From the IMG/VR virus record IMGVR_UViG_3300014202_001521, positions 130,931 through 194,930 of that record: a DNA stretch of 64,000 nucleotides; one strand, 5' to 3'. The DNA comes from a virus. Positions 29,341 through 38,560 of the stretch are shown in pieces. Made by a program: the position numbers and the translations under genes. The stretch's first letter is position 1, and every line of letters begins with the position of its first letter. The notes under the pieces are model-generated. The model ran no database searches. It was not told the DNA's origin and saw only the letters and a program-made list of their open reading frames with translations.

Positions 29341-29357
29341 TATTTCCCTACTTCCTC

Positions 29358-29395
29358 TTAAGCCACGGTAAATTTACCGTGGCTTATTTTTTTTG
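29358..29395 (+). terminator. intrinsic terminator
   Basis: TAAGCCACGGTAAATTTACCGTGGCTTA followed by T8. Confidence 0.85.
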
Positions 29396-29425
29396 TTGCA
29401 TATATACAAAAAGGAGGAGGTTATT

Positions 29426-29629
29426 ATGGGATGTGGATGTGGAGGTGGAGGACGTAGACAAGCGGCTGCTCCAAAATTACCGCAAAGCACTGGCAACGTT
29501 ACTGAAAATGTAGCAAAACTACATCCGAATGTTCTACATATGCAGAATATTCAGAAAATTGCTGAAGAACGTAGGAAAGTTGAGAAACTAAAAAGAGAAC
29601 AATTGCTAAAAGCTTTGGCAAGACCTTAA
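29426..29629 (+). CDS. small protein beginning MGCGCGG
   Basis: Very strong SD AGGAGGAGG. Confidence 0.7.
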   Translation: MGCGCGGGGRRQAAAPKLPQSTGNVTENVAKLHPNVLHMQNIQKIAEERRKVEKLKREQLLKALARP

Positions 29630-29679
29630 AAATAAATACGTTCAGCAGCATAAATAACTTATTAATGGAGAAATTAAAT

Positions 29680-30684
29680 ATGGGTATGTTATCTTATAAG
29701 CAGTATAAACTTCTACACGAAAATCTCGATAGTGTAATCGGCGTATCCACACCGAAAAGTATTGGTCTTCAGAACGAAGCCCCACAGCTATTTGGCATGA
29801 TGAGCAAAATGGCTAAGAAAATGGGCGGCGACGTACCTCCAGGTCTTGGCAAGAAGAAGCCACCAATGGGTCCAGATATGGGCGATGATATGGGTGGCGA
29901 AATGGGTCCAGATATGGGCGATGATATGGAAGACATGGGCGACGACGAAGAAATGGGAGATGAAGAAGGCGGCGACATGGAAGACATGGGCGACGACGAA
30001 GAAATGGGAGATGAAGAAGGCGGCGACATGGAAGACATGGGCGACGACGAAGAAGGTGACGAAGAAGATATGGGGGATGAAGATATGGGCGATGCTGGCC
30101 CGATGGGTGCTGGCAGTCCTCCTCCTGGCATGGGCGGGGCTATGGGTGGTCCTGATATGGCCGCTGGTCTAGGCGGGCCTATGGGCAAGAAGAAGAAGCC
30201 TATGCCTCCAATGATGATGAATAAAATGGGTGGTAGCATGTTTATGAAGAAGGAAGCCGCTGTTGATCCACAGGATGCCAAAATGAAGGCACAAAACAGG
30301 AAAAATAAGGCCAATGACCAGAAGGACGACGGTACAGGCACAGCACAAAAGAAAACCACAACTGTACGCGAAGGCAAGTGCTGCGACAAGTGTGGCAATA
30401 TGATGAATAAGAAGTGCAACAAGATGACCAAGGAACAGAACGAATTTAATGACAGCCTGATGCGTCAGGCTGGTGCCCTTAAATTCGCAAAGGATGAACT
30501 TGGTTTTTGGGTTCCTGTTACAGAAGATGTTCTTATTAAGAACCCTGAAGTAGAGGATAATGAGCCACAGCCAGGCGAAGTCGGCTTTGCCACACAGCAG
30601 AAACTTGGTATTAGTGGTAGCAACTTCACAGAATGGGCTAACTACCATGCCAAACAGGTAAAGAAGAATCGTAAGAAGAGATAA
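29680..30684 (+). CDS. low-complexity acidic Met/Gly/Asp/Glu protein, candidate prohead core/internal protein
   Basis: MLSYKQYKLLHE N-terminus. GDMEDMGDDEEMGDEEG repeats. TAAATA upstream. Confidence 0.7.
   Translation: MGMLSYKQYKLLHENLDSVIGVSTPKSIGLQNEAPQLFGMMSKMAKKMGGDVPPGLGKKKPPMGPDMGDDMGGEMGPDMGDDMEDMGDDEEMGDEEGGDMEDMGDDEEMGDEEGGDMEDMGDDEEGDEEDMGDEDMGDAGPMGAGSPPPGMGGAMGGPDMAAGLGGPMGKKKKPMPPMMMNKMGGSMFMKKEAAVDPQDAKMKAQNRKNKANDQKDDGTGTAQKKTTTVREGKCCDKCGNMMNKKCNKMTKEQNEFNDSLMRQAGALKFAKDELGFWVPVTEDVLIKNPEVEDNEPQPGEVGFATQQKLGISGSNFTEWANYHAKQVKKNRKKR
29866..30095 (+). repeat. coding tandem repeats (including a 51-bp unit)
   Basis: atggaagacatgggcgacgacgaagaa recurs at 51-bp spacing. Confidence 0.8.
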
Positions 30685-30701
30685 CATTAAGTATTTTAGG
30701 T

Positions 30702-30734
30702 AAAAAAGCTAGGTTAATTTAACCTAGCTTTTTT
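30702..30734. terminator. intrinsic terminator
   Basis: A6-GCTAGGTTAA-T-TTAACCTAGC-T6. Confidence 0.85.
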
Positions 30735-30758
30735 ATTTTCACTTGCTATAATTCTGCT

Positions 30759-30893
30759 ATGAGATATAAAAATTTTTGGACGCTTAAGAGAAAAGAAAAG
30801 CTAATGCTTAAGGTAATTCAATGGGCACAGAAGCATCGCAAAAAAGTCGAGCTTTTGACTAAAGAAGAGATAAGCATGGCTATAAAAGAATGA
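30759..30893 (+). CDS. small basic protein with a KNFW motif
   Basis: Not in the track (44 aa): MRYKNFWTLKRKEKLMLKVIQWAQKHRKKVELLTKEEISMAIKE. TGCTATAAT 6 nt upstream. Confidence 0.5.
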   Translation: MRYKNFWTLKRKEKLMLKVIQWAQKHRKKVELLTKEEISMAIKE

Positions 30894-30913
30894 CCTTACC
30901 CTAAATAGGGTAT

Positions 30914-31228
30914 ATGGAAAATTTCAGGGAATGGTTTGGGGAGAAACAAGGCTACTCAGATCAAGAGATAGTTAGTTTTTATACTCACAATCCAGACAAA
31001 AAGATCAAAGAAATCGCTCAAGTCACTGGCAAATCTGTTGGTGAAATCTATCGCATTTTACATAATTTCAATGTAACTCCGAATAGATTAAAGACAAATC
31101 ACCACAACGTAATTAATTTTGCAAATTTCGGCTATAATATACCACAGATAGCACAACTGACAGGCTATACTGAAAGAAATGTTCGTTATATTCTATCGAA
31201 ACTAACCACTGAAAGGAAACATGGGTGA
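30914..31228 (+). CDS. tandem HTH protein with a CTS-like N-terminus
   Basis: IKEIAQVTGKSVGEIYRIL and IPQIAQLTGYTERNVRYIL. MENFREWFGE. Confidence 0.75.
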   Translation: MENFREWFGEKQGYSDQEIVSFYTHNPDKKIKEIAQVTGKSVGEIYRILHNFNVTPNRLKTNHHNVINFANFGYNIPQIAQLTGYTERNVRYILSKLTTERKHG

Positions 31229-32465
31229 GTTACTCTGGCTGCATTCTGGTGGCGCATTCAACAAAGAACCTGAAAATGATCTAGGGAATTATCCCTCACG
31301 TTTTCAAGTCTCTGGTGAACCACCAGAAGAACCAAATACAATGAATAACCTGTACGATGACGTTATGCCAGAAGAAACTGGCATGGTTGATTATCGCTGC
31401 TTCTACCTATGGAATCCTAATACCGTCGTTGCAATAGAAGGCATTGAATTAGAACTTGAACAATGCACTACCTGCGGTTCTGATATTGAATATGGCTCAA
31501 AACTCCAGAATGATATCCAAGAGATTACCATTATCTGTTCGGGTGAAAGTGAGCCAGATGAAAACGGCTACGCAATCTTTGATACCGAGTTCGGCGTCCC
31601 TTTTACAATTTATTGGAAAGGCGATTGGTGTACCTTCGGGGCCGATATGCAAGCCGCACTCAACTTACAAGCATGGTGCGAAGAAGTTACCGTAACAGGA
31701 TGCAACCCCTTCACCATTGAGTTCAAAGGCGGCGTAGGCAACAGAAACGTAAGACTTATCAGAGTTGTCCAAAACAACTTAACAAATTACGGTCTGTGCC
31801 GCTATAACACACAAATTTATTTTTCGTGTGATGCGTGGAACGGCTTTCTCGACTCAATCATCTTAGTTGTTCAGCCTATTAGCGACCACGTTCCGCAGTC
31901 TGGTATTTTAAGAATATATAATCCACTAACTGGATTGTGGGATGTTTACCCATACAACAGCCATGATCTTTATACATTTGATCTTTCTAAACCACTGGAA
32001 TTTAACCTTGTTGGATTTTTAGGTAGTTGCCCGCCCGTTGGCATAGTTCCTAATCCAGCTAATCCAGCCCAATATATCAACCTATATAATGATCCTAAGA
32101 ACTGGCAACGCTGGTATCCTTCTCCAATTTATTACGGTGGCACCCCTGGAGAGCCTTTACCACTACCTGTGCCTTGGGGCGTAATTGAAGCTCCATGCGA
32201 TAAGAACTATTGCCAGATTTGTATAGTCAAAATACAAGAAGGCAGCCCTATTAACACTATTGCAAAGCCAATCCTTACTGAATTTACTGCACCTGATTCC
32301 GAGTTCTCAAAGCAAAATTACTTTGTTGGAAACCTAAGACCAAATGAAGGTTTTTATTGGTGGACAAAAAGAACCACTCCTTCAGTAATTAGCTGTTGCC
32401 TAAGAGACTATTTTGATATTCGTGTTGTAGGTGAGAAAGTAACTTGGCCGCTTATAACACCCTAA
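31221..32465 (+). CDS. putative structural protein, paralog A
   Basis: NNLYDDV...G.VDYRCFY..N, QEGSPINT.A, GNLRP.E...W.KRT.P. Cys-rich. Confidence 0.65.
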   Translation: MGELLWLHSGGAFNKEPENDLGNYPSRFQVSGEPPEEPNTMNNLYDDVMPEETGMVDYRCFYLWNPNTVVAIEGIELELEQCTTCGSDIEYGSKLQNDIQEITIICSGESEPDENGYAIFDTEFGVPFTIYWKGDWCTFGADMQAALNLQAWCEEVTVTGCNPFTIEFKGGVGNRNVRLIRVVQNNLTNYGLCRYNTQIYFSCDAWNGFLDSIILVVQPISDHVPQSGILRIYNPLTGLWDVYPYNSHDLYTFDLSKPLEFNLVGFLGSCPPVGIVPNPANPAQYINLYNDPKNWQRWYPSPIYYGGTPGEPLPLPVPWGVIEAPCDKNYCQICIVKIQEGSPINTIAKPILTEFTAPDSEFSKQNYFVGNLRPNEGFYWWTKRTTPSVISCCLRDYFDIRVVGEKVTWPLITP

Positions 32466-32474
32466 AGGAGATTG

Positions 32475-33449
32475 ATGGATTGTTTGCCAGTCTGTTGCGA
32501 TTCTAGTTGTGTGGCATTTAAACATTCAATGGGTCCAATTAATTGTGACCCTTGTGCTGATTTAGGCGGTATTATTTCAGCCTGCGATCTATCTGCTGGC
32601 TTAGATAATCTGTTTCACTCTATTGGACCAAAACTCAGTAGAAGAGGACACGAAGACTATCGTTGTTTTTATATACAAAACGTCCATCCAGTGGCAACTC
32701 TTCGCAACGTCATTATTTTCTTTGATGGTACAGGTAGACAAGTGCCTGGAAAAAGAGGCGGTACATACGTCGCTATTGGCGTAAAACTACAAGACGAAAT
32801 CCAACAAGTTGTAGTAACCAGCCCTGCCCCACCAAACATGGGCGAGTTCTTTGAACTAGAAGTGCCAGGCTATGACCCAACCTTTAAAGTATTCTACGAC
32901 CCCAATATCACTAAATGGATAGGAAACTTCCAAACCGCCATTCGTGCAGTAGAAGGAATGCCAGAGGTTGTAGTGACAGGTGAAGGCAGTATTGGTACAA
33001 CACTGGCCGATCCATCAGTCAATGTAACGTTTACAATTAATTATGGCGGGCATGTCAGCCGTAACGCTGGGCATAAAGGAATGGATGAACATTCCCGCTG
33101 GATGCAAGCTGCCAGACACCAAATTGACCTAGTAACCGTTGTAGATAACACTTTGTTATACGGCACAGCATCAGTTATTCCAGTCCCCGTTCAAGAAGGC
33201 AGCCCTGTAAACACTACGGCAGAAGTCATTCCAGATGAAATAACACCACCTTCAGGTATTGTATTCAACTACTATTTTCGTGGCAACCCTATAAGGATTG
33301 GTAGTTTACGTCCAGGTGAATATTTGCCAATCTGGATTAGAAGGACTTTGCCGATTGTCGATCCTTACTATGGGCCAATGGCTCGTAACGGGCAAATGTC
33401 AAAACTTTTAGACGAATTTGATATTGTGGTAGATGCAACTTCGCCGTAA
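32475..33449 (+). CDS. putative structural protein, paralog B
   Basis: DNLFH...G.EDYRCFY..N, QEGSPVNT.A, GSLRPGE...W.RRT.P. Cys-rich N-terminus. Confidence 0.65.
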   Translation: MDCLPVCCDSSCVAFKHSMGPINCDPCADLGGIISACDLSAGLDNLFHSIGPKLSRRGHEDYRCFYIQNVHPVATLRNVIIFFDGTGRQVPGKRGGTYVAIGVKLQDEIQQVVVTSPAPPNMGEFFELEVPGYDPTFKVFYDPNITKWIGNFQTAIRAVEGMPEVVVTGEGSIGTTLADPSVNVTFTINYGGHVSRNAGHKGMDEHSRWMQAARHQIDLVTVVDNTLLYGTASVIPVPVQEGSPVNTTAEVIPDEITPPSGIVFNYYFRGNPIRIGSLRPGEYLPIWIRRTLPIVDPYYGPMARNGQMSKLLDEFDIVVDATSP

Positions 33450-33478
33450 TCTACTATCTTAACTCAAAGGAGATTAAA

Positions 33479-34006
33479 ATGAAAAATCTACTCAAGACAT
33501 TTGTTGGAGTTACGGCACTATTGATGTTGTCAAGTATCGCTTTTGCCAGGGGCAAAGCAGATTTTGATAAGTTTTTGAAAGGTGCAACAGACAATGTTGC
33601 TAGCTATGGTACTGAAGCTCACTACGCTAAACAAGAATTTACCAATAAGCAAACTGGTGAGAAAAAGAAGTTCGCTGATTTTGATGATGTAGATAAGCAC
33701 GTCTATATGACTATGCAAACTGATATTCTTAGTCACCAACTGGAAGACTTGTATAACAAGTGGAAAGAAGAGTTGAAAAACGCTGAGGATACCCCCGACG
33801 ATGAGAACGAAGCCAGCAAGAAAGATGTAACCGCCTATATGGACAAACTGATGGCTTTACGCAAGAAGAATGCAGAACAAGTAGAGAAGATGGTAAACGA
33901 TTTATTCAGTAAGTGGCCCAATAAGTTTACCAAAGAAGAGAAAGACTACGTTCTAAAGAACGTTCAGGCTTATCACGATAAGCACAATTTAATTAAAAGG
34001 AAATAG
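33479..34006 (+). CDS. exported helical protein
   Basis: Signal peptide ending AFA. SD AAGGAG. Confidence 0.7.
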   Translation: MKNLLKTFVGVTALLMLSSIAFARGKADFDKFLKGATDNVASYGTEAHYAKQEFTNKQTGEKKKFADFDDVDKHVYMTMQTDILSHQLEDLYNKWKEELKNAEDTPDDENEASKKDVTAYMDKLMALRKKNAEQVEKMVNDLFSKWPNKFTKEEKDYVLKNVQAYHDKHNLIKRK

Positions 34007-34008
34007 TA

Positions 34009-34539
34009 ATGGATAAATGTCCTATTACTGGTTTGCCATGCGACCATAAGAAAAGCATTCATGTAACAGAGGTGGTAAACTATCAAGCTGTTGAAAGTAA
34101 GGACATGTGTGCCCTTTGTGGCTTACAGTATATAACCACAGAGGGCGGTCCTGCCTTTGATCCCACTGCTAATCAAGTCTTCCAGATAATCAACTCAGTG
34201 ATTAAAGACTCTGGAATGCAGGAAGGCAAGATTGTTCTAGGCCCATTCCAACCACCGAAAATAGAATGCCCTTCTTGCGGACATACACCAGAAGACATTA
34301 TGGCGTCTGGCAAAATTGGTTGTAGCAAATGCTATGAGTATTATAAGAAAGACCTACTGCCGCTCATAGAGAAGTGTCAAACAGGTGCTACAAAACACGT
34401 TGGTAAAGTCCCCAAAAATTTACACCCTGAATCACTTAGTAAGCTAGAAAATGAACTCAAAGCGGCAATAACAAAAGAAGATTATGAAAAGGCTGCCGCT
34501 TTGAGAGATGAAATCAAAAAGTTACAAAGTGGCAAATAA
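34009..34539 (+). CDS. mcsA: McsA-like protein (CxxC zinc motifs and UVR coiled coil)
   Basis: CPSCG.T.......GKIGC..CY..Y, H.GKVP, AI..EDYEKAA.LRDEIK.L. Confidence 0.85.
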   Translation: MDKCPITGLPCDHKKSIHVTEVVNYQAVESKDMCALCGLQYITTEGGPAFDPTANQVFQIINSVIKDSGMQEGKIVLGPFQPPKIECPSCGHTPEDIMASGKIGCSKCYEYYKKDLLPLIEKCQTGATKHVGKVPKNLHPESLSKLENELKAAITKEDYEKAAALRDEIKKLQSGK

Positions 34540-35556
34540 AGCGTCTATTTCCATTAGCCTTATCTGTGGCCATATATTATGATTAAGGAAAATGTAATCT
34601 GTAATGTCTTCGCCATATTTACGGTGGTTGCCATCCCATCTGGTTTCTACAACCGTAGTAGGAATATCACATAGTAAAGTGTAAGTCTTTAACCATGTGT
34701 CCATACTAATGACATGCTCCGCAGAGTTTATAATGCGGAGCATGTTCGTTAGGTTACTAGGCTGTGCATTGCCCTTCCCATCGTAGATCGTATCAGAATT
34801 TAGCCAAAAGAAATTGTCTCGATTAACAAGCCCAAAATGGTGCAAATCATTCATGGAGCCAGCCGCATAGACTTTGTACCCCTTGTCCAAGTAAATATCG
34901 ACTAGCCTTTTATACTCTCCATTATGGAGATATCTTTGCCTTTTAATATCCTTGTGGGAACCAGACGGACCTATGATGATGACAGGCTTGTTGGTCGGGG
35001 CTTTCCCAAAGTGTTGAACCCACCTTGTTCGTCCACGGATTCTACTAGCATATTTTTTCTCGTTCGCCCAATCGTTATAATCAAGTCCGTCTGCCAGATG
35101 TGCGGATTCCTTAAAGGTAGGGAGTTTCTTCATGTAATCAAAGATGTGCGCTGCCATCTTTGTGCCCATGATATTATCGTGGATGAACACGGAAATGCCT
35201 AATATGTCAAAGAAGTTTCTGATGAATGGTATTTGGTTGGCAAAAAAGACTACTTTTGCTTTGGGATTTTCCCAGCAAACTGCCATCAGGAGCAAGGCGT
35301 CACCCAATCCACCAAACCCTAAATAGTAGTGTTTGTCGGGGGATTTGGTGAAGGCGTTGATTTGATTTAACAGGTTAGTTGAGGAAAAAACAGGGAGCTT
35401 GGGTTGCTCCCTTTGTATGTTTTGTAGCTTATTTCTTTGTAGAACTTGCGGTTGGGGTGCTTGCGGAACTATCCTATGAACAACTTGATGTGGCATTGCC
35501 CCTTTTACTTCGGCAATGTTGTCTCGCGTATGTTTCTGGACAACTCGTTTAGCCAT
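34522..35556 (-). CDS. GT-B glycosyltransferase (GT9/heptosyltransferase-like)
   Basis: GGLGDALL, IIIGP.GS, II..A..VISMDT. Confidence 0.7.
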   Translation of the reverse strand: MAKRVVQKHTRDNIAEVKGAMPHQVVHRIVPQAPQPQVLQRNKLQNIQREQPKLPVFSSTNLLNQINAFTKSPDKHYYLGFGGLGDALLLMAVCWENPKAKVVFFANQIPFIRNFFDILGISVFIHDNIMGTKMAAHIFDYMKKLPTFKESAHLADGLDYNDWANEKKYASRIRGRTRWVQHFGKAPTNKPVIIIGPSGSHKDIKRQRYLHNGEYKRLVDIYLDKGYKVYAAGSMNDLHHFGLVNRDNFFWLNSDTIYDGKGNAQPSNLTNMLRIINSAEHVISMDTWLKTYTLLCDIPTTVVETRWDGNHRKYGEDITDYIFLNHNIWPQIRLMEIDALFATL

Positions 35557-35558
35557 GT

Positions 35559-35873
35559 TTACTGCTGGACCATGTTCGGATTTACCTGTGGCTGCTGGTG
35601 TTGCCTTGCTGCTTGAGTTAGAACATTGTAAGCATTGTTGAGTTGCTTGACCATCTCGGCTTCGTTCTGTTCGCCTCTAGCGGCTGTTTTTAGCAATGAG
35701 ACAATCCTCCTCAGCATTACATCTTTGTCAGCAGCCATGCCTATTATAATATCAACAATACCACTTAGTTTATTTGCGCCTCTTAAACCTAAGTCAACGC
35801 CGCTCTGCCTTAGATGCTGATAAGGGGTGGATTCCTGCAACTTATTTTCTTTAAATTCTCTATATGTTATCAT
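35559..35873 (-). CDS. hypothetical protein, CTS-like N-terminus
   Basis: MITYREFKENKLQE. Confidence 0.7.
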   Translation of the reverse strand: MITYREFKENKLQESTPYQHLRQSGVDLGLRGANKLSGIVDIIIGMAADKDVMLRRIVSLLKTAARGEQNEAEMVKQLNNAYNVLTQAARQHQQPQVNPNMVQQ

Positions 35874-36156
35874 TTTTAATTCCTGTATCTAATAGGTGCG
35901 TCTTCTCTTTGGACTCAGGGTTTTTGTGGGCCTTGGATTTATCCAAAACCTGTTGAATCATTGGAGGCCAAGATGCAATCTTCTCTGGACTAACGTTAAG
36001 GAGTGCCGCCAGGCCATCCTTATTGTTGCAGACTAGGATGAAATTATCCCAAAAGTCTTCAGCAACGTTAATTCCAGTGAAGATTGCACCAATCGCAGCA
36101 TCGTCGGCATCCTCTCTGATGCTGCGAATATTTTCCCAAGCCTCTAAAAAAGTCAT
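35860..36156 (-). CDS. hypothetical protein, CTS-like N-terminus
   Basis: MTFLEAWENIRSIRE. Confidence 0.65.
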   Translation of the reverse strand: MTFLEAWENIRSIREDADDAAIGAIFTGINVAEDFWDNFILVCNNKDGLAALLNVSPEKIASWPPMIQQVLDKSKAHKNPESKEKTHLLDTGIKNDNI

Positions 36157-36158
36157 AT

Positions 36159-36449
36159 TTAGCTCACAATTTCTAGAAGATCATCTGGACTACCATTCGC
36201 ATATGTTTTCTTCAAATAAATAGCCTGCTCACCGTAAGCAATAAACGATTGCTCAGATTGATTCTTCTGTGCGACGTTTGGACCTGGAAGATTGCTTGGA
36301 ATCCAGCTACTAAACGTTTTAGGAATATTAACTGATTCTGCTTCTGTTTCATTGCCTAGTGGCTGTGTATTGCTAGGTAACGACCAAGAGTTCCTTAAAG
36401 GACTCGCTAGCTTTACCCTAAAAACATATGTTGGCCAAGGATTACTCAT
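36159..36449 (-). CDS. hypothetical protein
   Basis: TAAATA box and SD AGGAGG upstream. Confidence 0.65.
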   Translation of the reverse strand: MSNPWPTYVFRVKLASPLRNSWSLPSNTQPLGNETEAESVNIPKTFSSWIPSNLPGPNVAQKNQSEQSFIAYGEQAIYLKKTYANGSPDDLLEIVS

Positions 36450-36482
36450 AAAAAAAACCTCCTGTATTCTTTATTTATGCAA

Positions 36483-36698
36483 TTAGACTCTTTTCTTCAT
36501 TCTTTTAATAACAAGAGGTGGTTTTAATTTATACATTTTTTCCACTCTGCCTAAATGACTCTGCGCACCATAGGTAGCCCCATGCCCATTGTAACGGCTC
36601 TGTGGACCAACATCACCATAGTCACCCGTGCCATCCTTGCCAGGCTCCCCTATGTGAGCATACCCTTCCCATTCGTTATACCATGATCTAAAATTCAC
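36483..36698 (-). CDS. small protein, CTS-like N-terminus
   Basis: (V)NFRSWYNEWE. TAAATA 5 nt upstream of GTG. Confidence 0.6.
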   Translation of the reverse strand: MNFRSWYNEWEGYAHIGEPGKDGTGDYGDVGPQSRYNGHGATYGAQSHLGRVEKMYKLKPPLVIKRMKKRV

Positions 36699-36706
36699 AT
36701 TTGTAT

Positions 36707-37501
36707 TTAGAAGTTACACCATAACAATTCCACCTTAATCGGTTTCACTTTTTGTTGTGATGCATGATTCGCTATCTTCTTCTTTTCACAACGCCAATTT
36801 TTGTATAATTTGTTGTAAAGTCTTGATGGATAACCACTTATCAAAACCTTGCCTTTGAAATTGTTTAACACTTCGGCAAGTGCCATATGGTCATCGACAA
36901 GCATTTCATGGGTATAGGCGTCTGGACTTTCCCTTGTTTCGTGTAAGTAAGGCGGGTCTGCGTAAACAAGAACATTAGGTTCATCGAATATCTTCAGTAA
37001 GGGAATAGCTGATTTATTGAAAATGAGAACGTTTTGCAGTCTTTGACTGATTTCTGGAATTAAATCAATGATTGTTTTCCAGGCATTGATTTCCCCTGGT
37101 TGACCACCACGCTTGCGATTGGACCATGCAAAAGCCTTCTTGAGTCCACCGCGACTCATTCTTCTAAGTATAAACTCGTTAATTGCCTTGTTTAAATCAT
37201 TGCTGTCAGTAGCTACATCACGTTTTAGGGCAGCTTCAAAGTTAGATTCTTTGTACCCTACTCGTTTAATTTTACGCATGAACTGAGTACACTGGTCCCT
37301 GATGATTCTCAACAATACTATTATATTGGCGTCAAGATCGTTGATTACCTCTTCTTTGGAGGGGTCTTTGTTTAATAAGACGTTGGCCCCACCACAAAAA
37401 GGCTCTAGGTAAACCATTTCTTGATAATTCTCAGGGAAATGCTCGATTATCCACTTGGCCAGATAGCTCTTACCGCCGTGGCATTTAAATGGTGGCCTCA
37501 T
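36707..37501 (-). CDS. DNA adenine methyltransferase (Dam/D12 family)
   Basis: GGK, Y.EPFCGG, INDLD, YADPPY, ISGY. Confidence 0.92.
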   Translation of the reverse strand: MRPPFKCHGGKSYLAKWIIEHFPENYQEMVYLEPFCGGANVLLNKDPSKEEVINDLDANIIVLLRIIRDQCTQFMRKIKRVGYKESNFEAALKRDVATDSNDLNKAINEFILRRMSRGGLKKAFAWSNRKRGGQPGEINAWKTIIDLIPEISQRLQNVLIFNKSAIPLLKIFDEPNVLVYADPPYLHETRESPDAYTHEMLVDDHMALAEVLNNFKGKVLISGYPSRLYNKLYKNWRCEKKKIANHASQQKVKPIKVELLWCNF

Positions 37502-37712
37502 CCTCTCCTTTTTTCTTCTTTTTCTTTTTTAACCGCTTGTATATTATAGTGTTACATAAATCACATTTAATCTCATAGACACCATATAAAAGGTTTCTTC
37601 CCCACATGAAGCCCTTCTTAGTCTTTTGGAAACACTCTTCGCACTGGACGTAGATTTTCTGGTCTTTTACCGTTTCATCGTCCCAATATATATAACAATT
37701 ATTTTTTTCCAT
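37485..37712 (-). CDS. small zinc-binding protein
   Basis: CEEC and CDLC, poly-Lys tail. Confidence 0.6.
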   Translation of the reverse strand: MEKNNCYIYWDDETVKDQKIYVQCEECFQKTKKGFMWGRNLLYGVYEIKCDLCNTIIYKRLKKKKKKKGEDEATI

Positions 37713-37753
37713 AATTCCCTAACTTAGTTTAGTTCTGATTTGCTAAATACTTT

Positions 37754-38524
37754 ATGCTAAAATTCATGACACGATCATTAATTCTTCTTTTTTTTTGCAC
37801 ATTATTAAGCTTTAGCTATGGGGGAGAAGTTGATAAGAAACTTCATCAAGAATGTTTGTATCCAACAGTTTATGTAGGACGTGCTGATGGAAGTGGATAT
37901 GGTAGTGGCGTGATAGTCAGAAGTGATAAAGTAAACGATACTCTTTACAAAAACGTATTTATATCTTGTGCCCATTTGGTAGATGATAGCACCCTAGACT
38001 ACGAAATCAAGCAATATATATACGAAGACTGGTCCCAAGTCAAAGACGTGAAAAGCTACCCTGCCGTGTTCTTTGCATACAACCGCGACATGGATATAGC
38101 AATCGGAGTTTTCTATTCAAATAAAGCCATGCCCGTAGCTAAGCTCGATTTTGAGCCAAAGCTGTTCATAGGAAATGAAGTTTTTCGAATCGGCTGTGGA
38201 CTAGGAGATGAACCTAGACTTGATTATGGCAGGCTAACATCCTACAAGAAATCCCCAAAACCTACATTCAGAACCTCGGTTATGACGGTTCCAGGTGACT
38301 CTGGTTCCCCACTCTTCCATGATTACAAAGTAGTCGGCATTATGGTTTCAATTCGTTCATTCCGTAATTTACCAGTATTCACTATTTCCTACGCAGTTCC
38401 ATTAGAGAGATTTAAACAGTGGAATACCGCTAATAATGATGATTTAGACTTCGGTTGGACAACGAAGCCATTGCCAGAAATGGCATTCAGATATCTTAAA
38501 TTTAAGCAGTATGAAATCAAATAA
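37754..38524 (+). CDS. exported trypsin-like (S1) serine protease
   Basis: Signal peptide. GSGVI, CAHLV, DIAI, PGDSGSPLF. Confidence 0.88.
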   Translation: MLKFMTRSLILLFFCTLLSFSYGGEVDKKLHQECLYPTVYVGRADGSGYGSGVIVRSDKVNDTLYKNVFISCAHLVDDSTLDYEIKQYIYEDWSQVKDVKSYPAVFFAYNRDMDIAIGVFYSNKAMPVAKLDFEPKLFIGNEVFRIGCGLGDEPRLDYGRLTSYKKSPKPTFRTSVMTVPGDSGSPLFHDYKVVGIMVSIRSFRNLPVFTISYAVPLERFKQWNTANNDDLDFGWTTKPLPEMAFRYLKFKQYEIK

Positions 38525-38555
38525 AAAAGGGGACTACTTAGTAGTCCCCTTTTTT
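38523..38555. terminator. bidirectional intrinsic terminator
   Basis: A-run GGGGACTACT-T-AGTAGTCCCC T-run between convergent genes. Confidence 0.85.
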
Positions 38556-38560
38556 GTTGC

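Noticed and set aside
36707-37501. Restriction-modification system
   Set aside because: No cognate endonuclease nearby. Orphan methyltransferases are common in phages.
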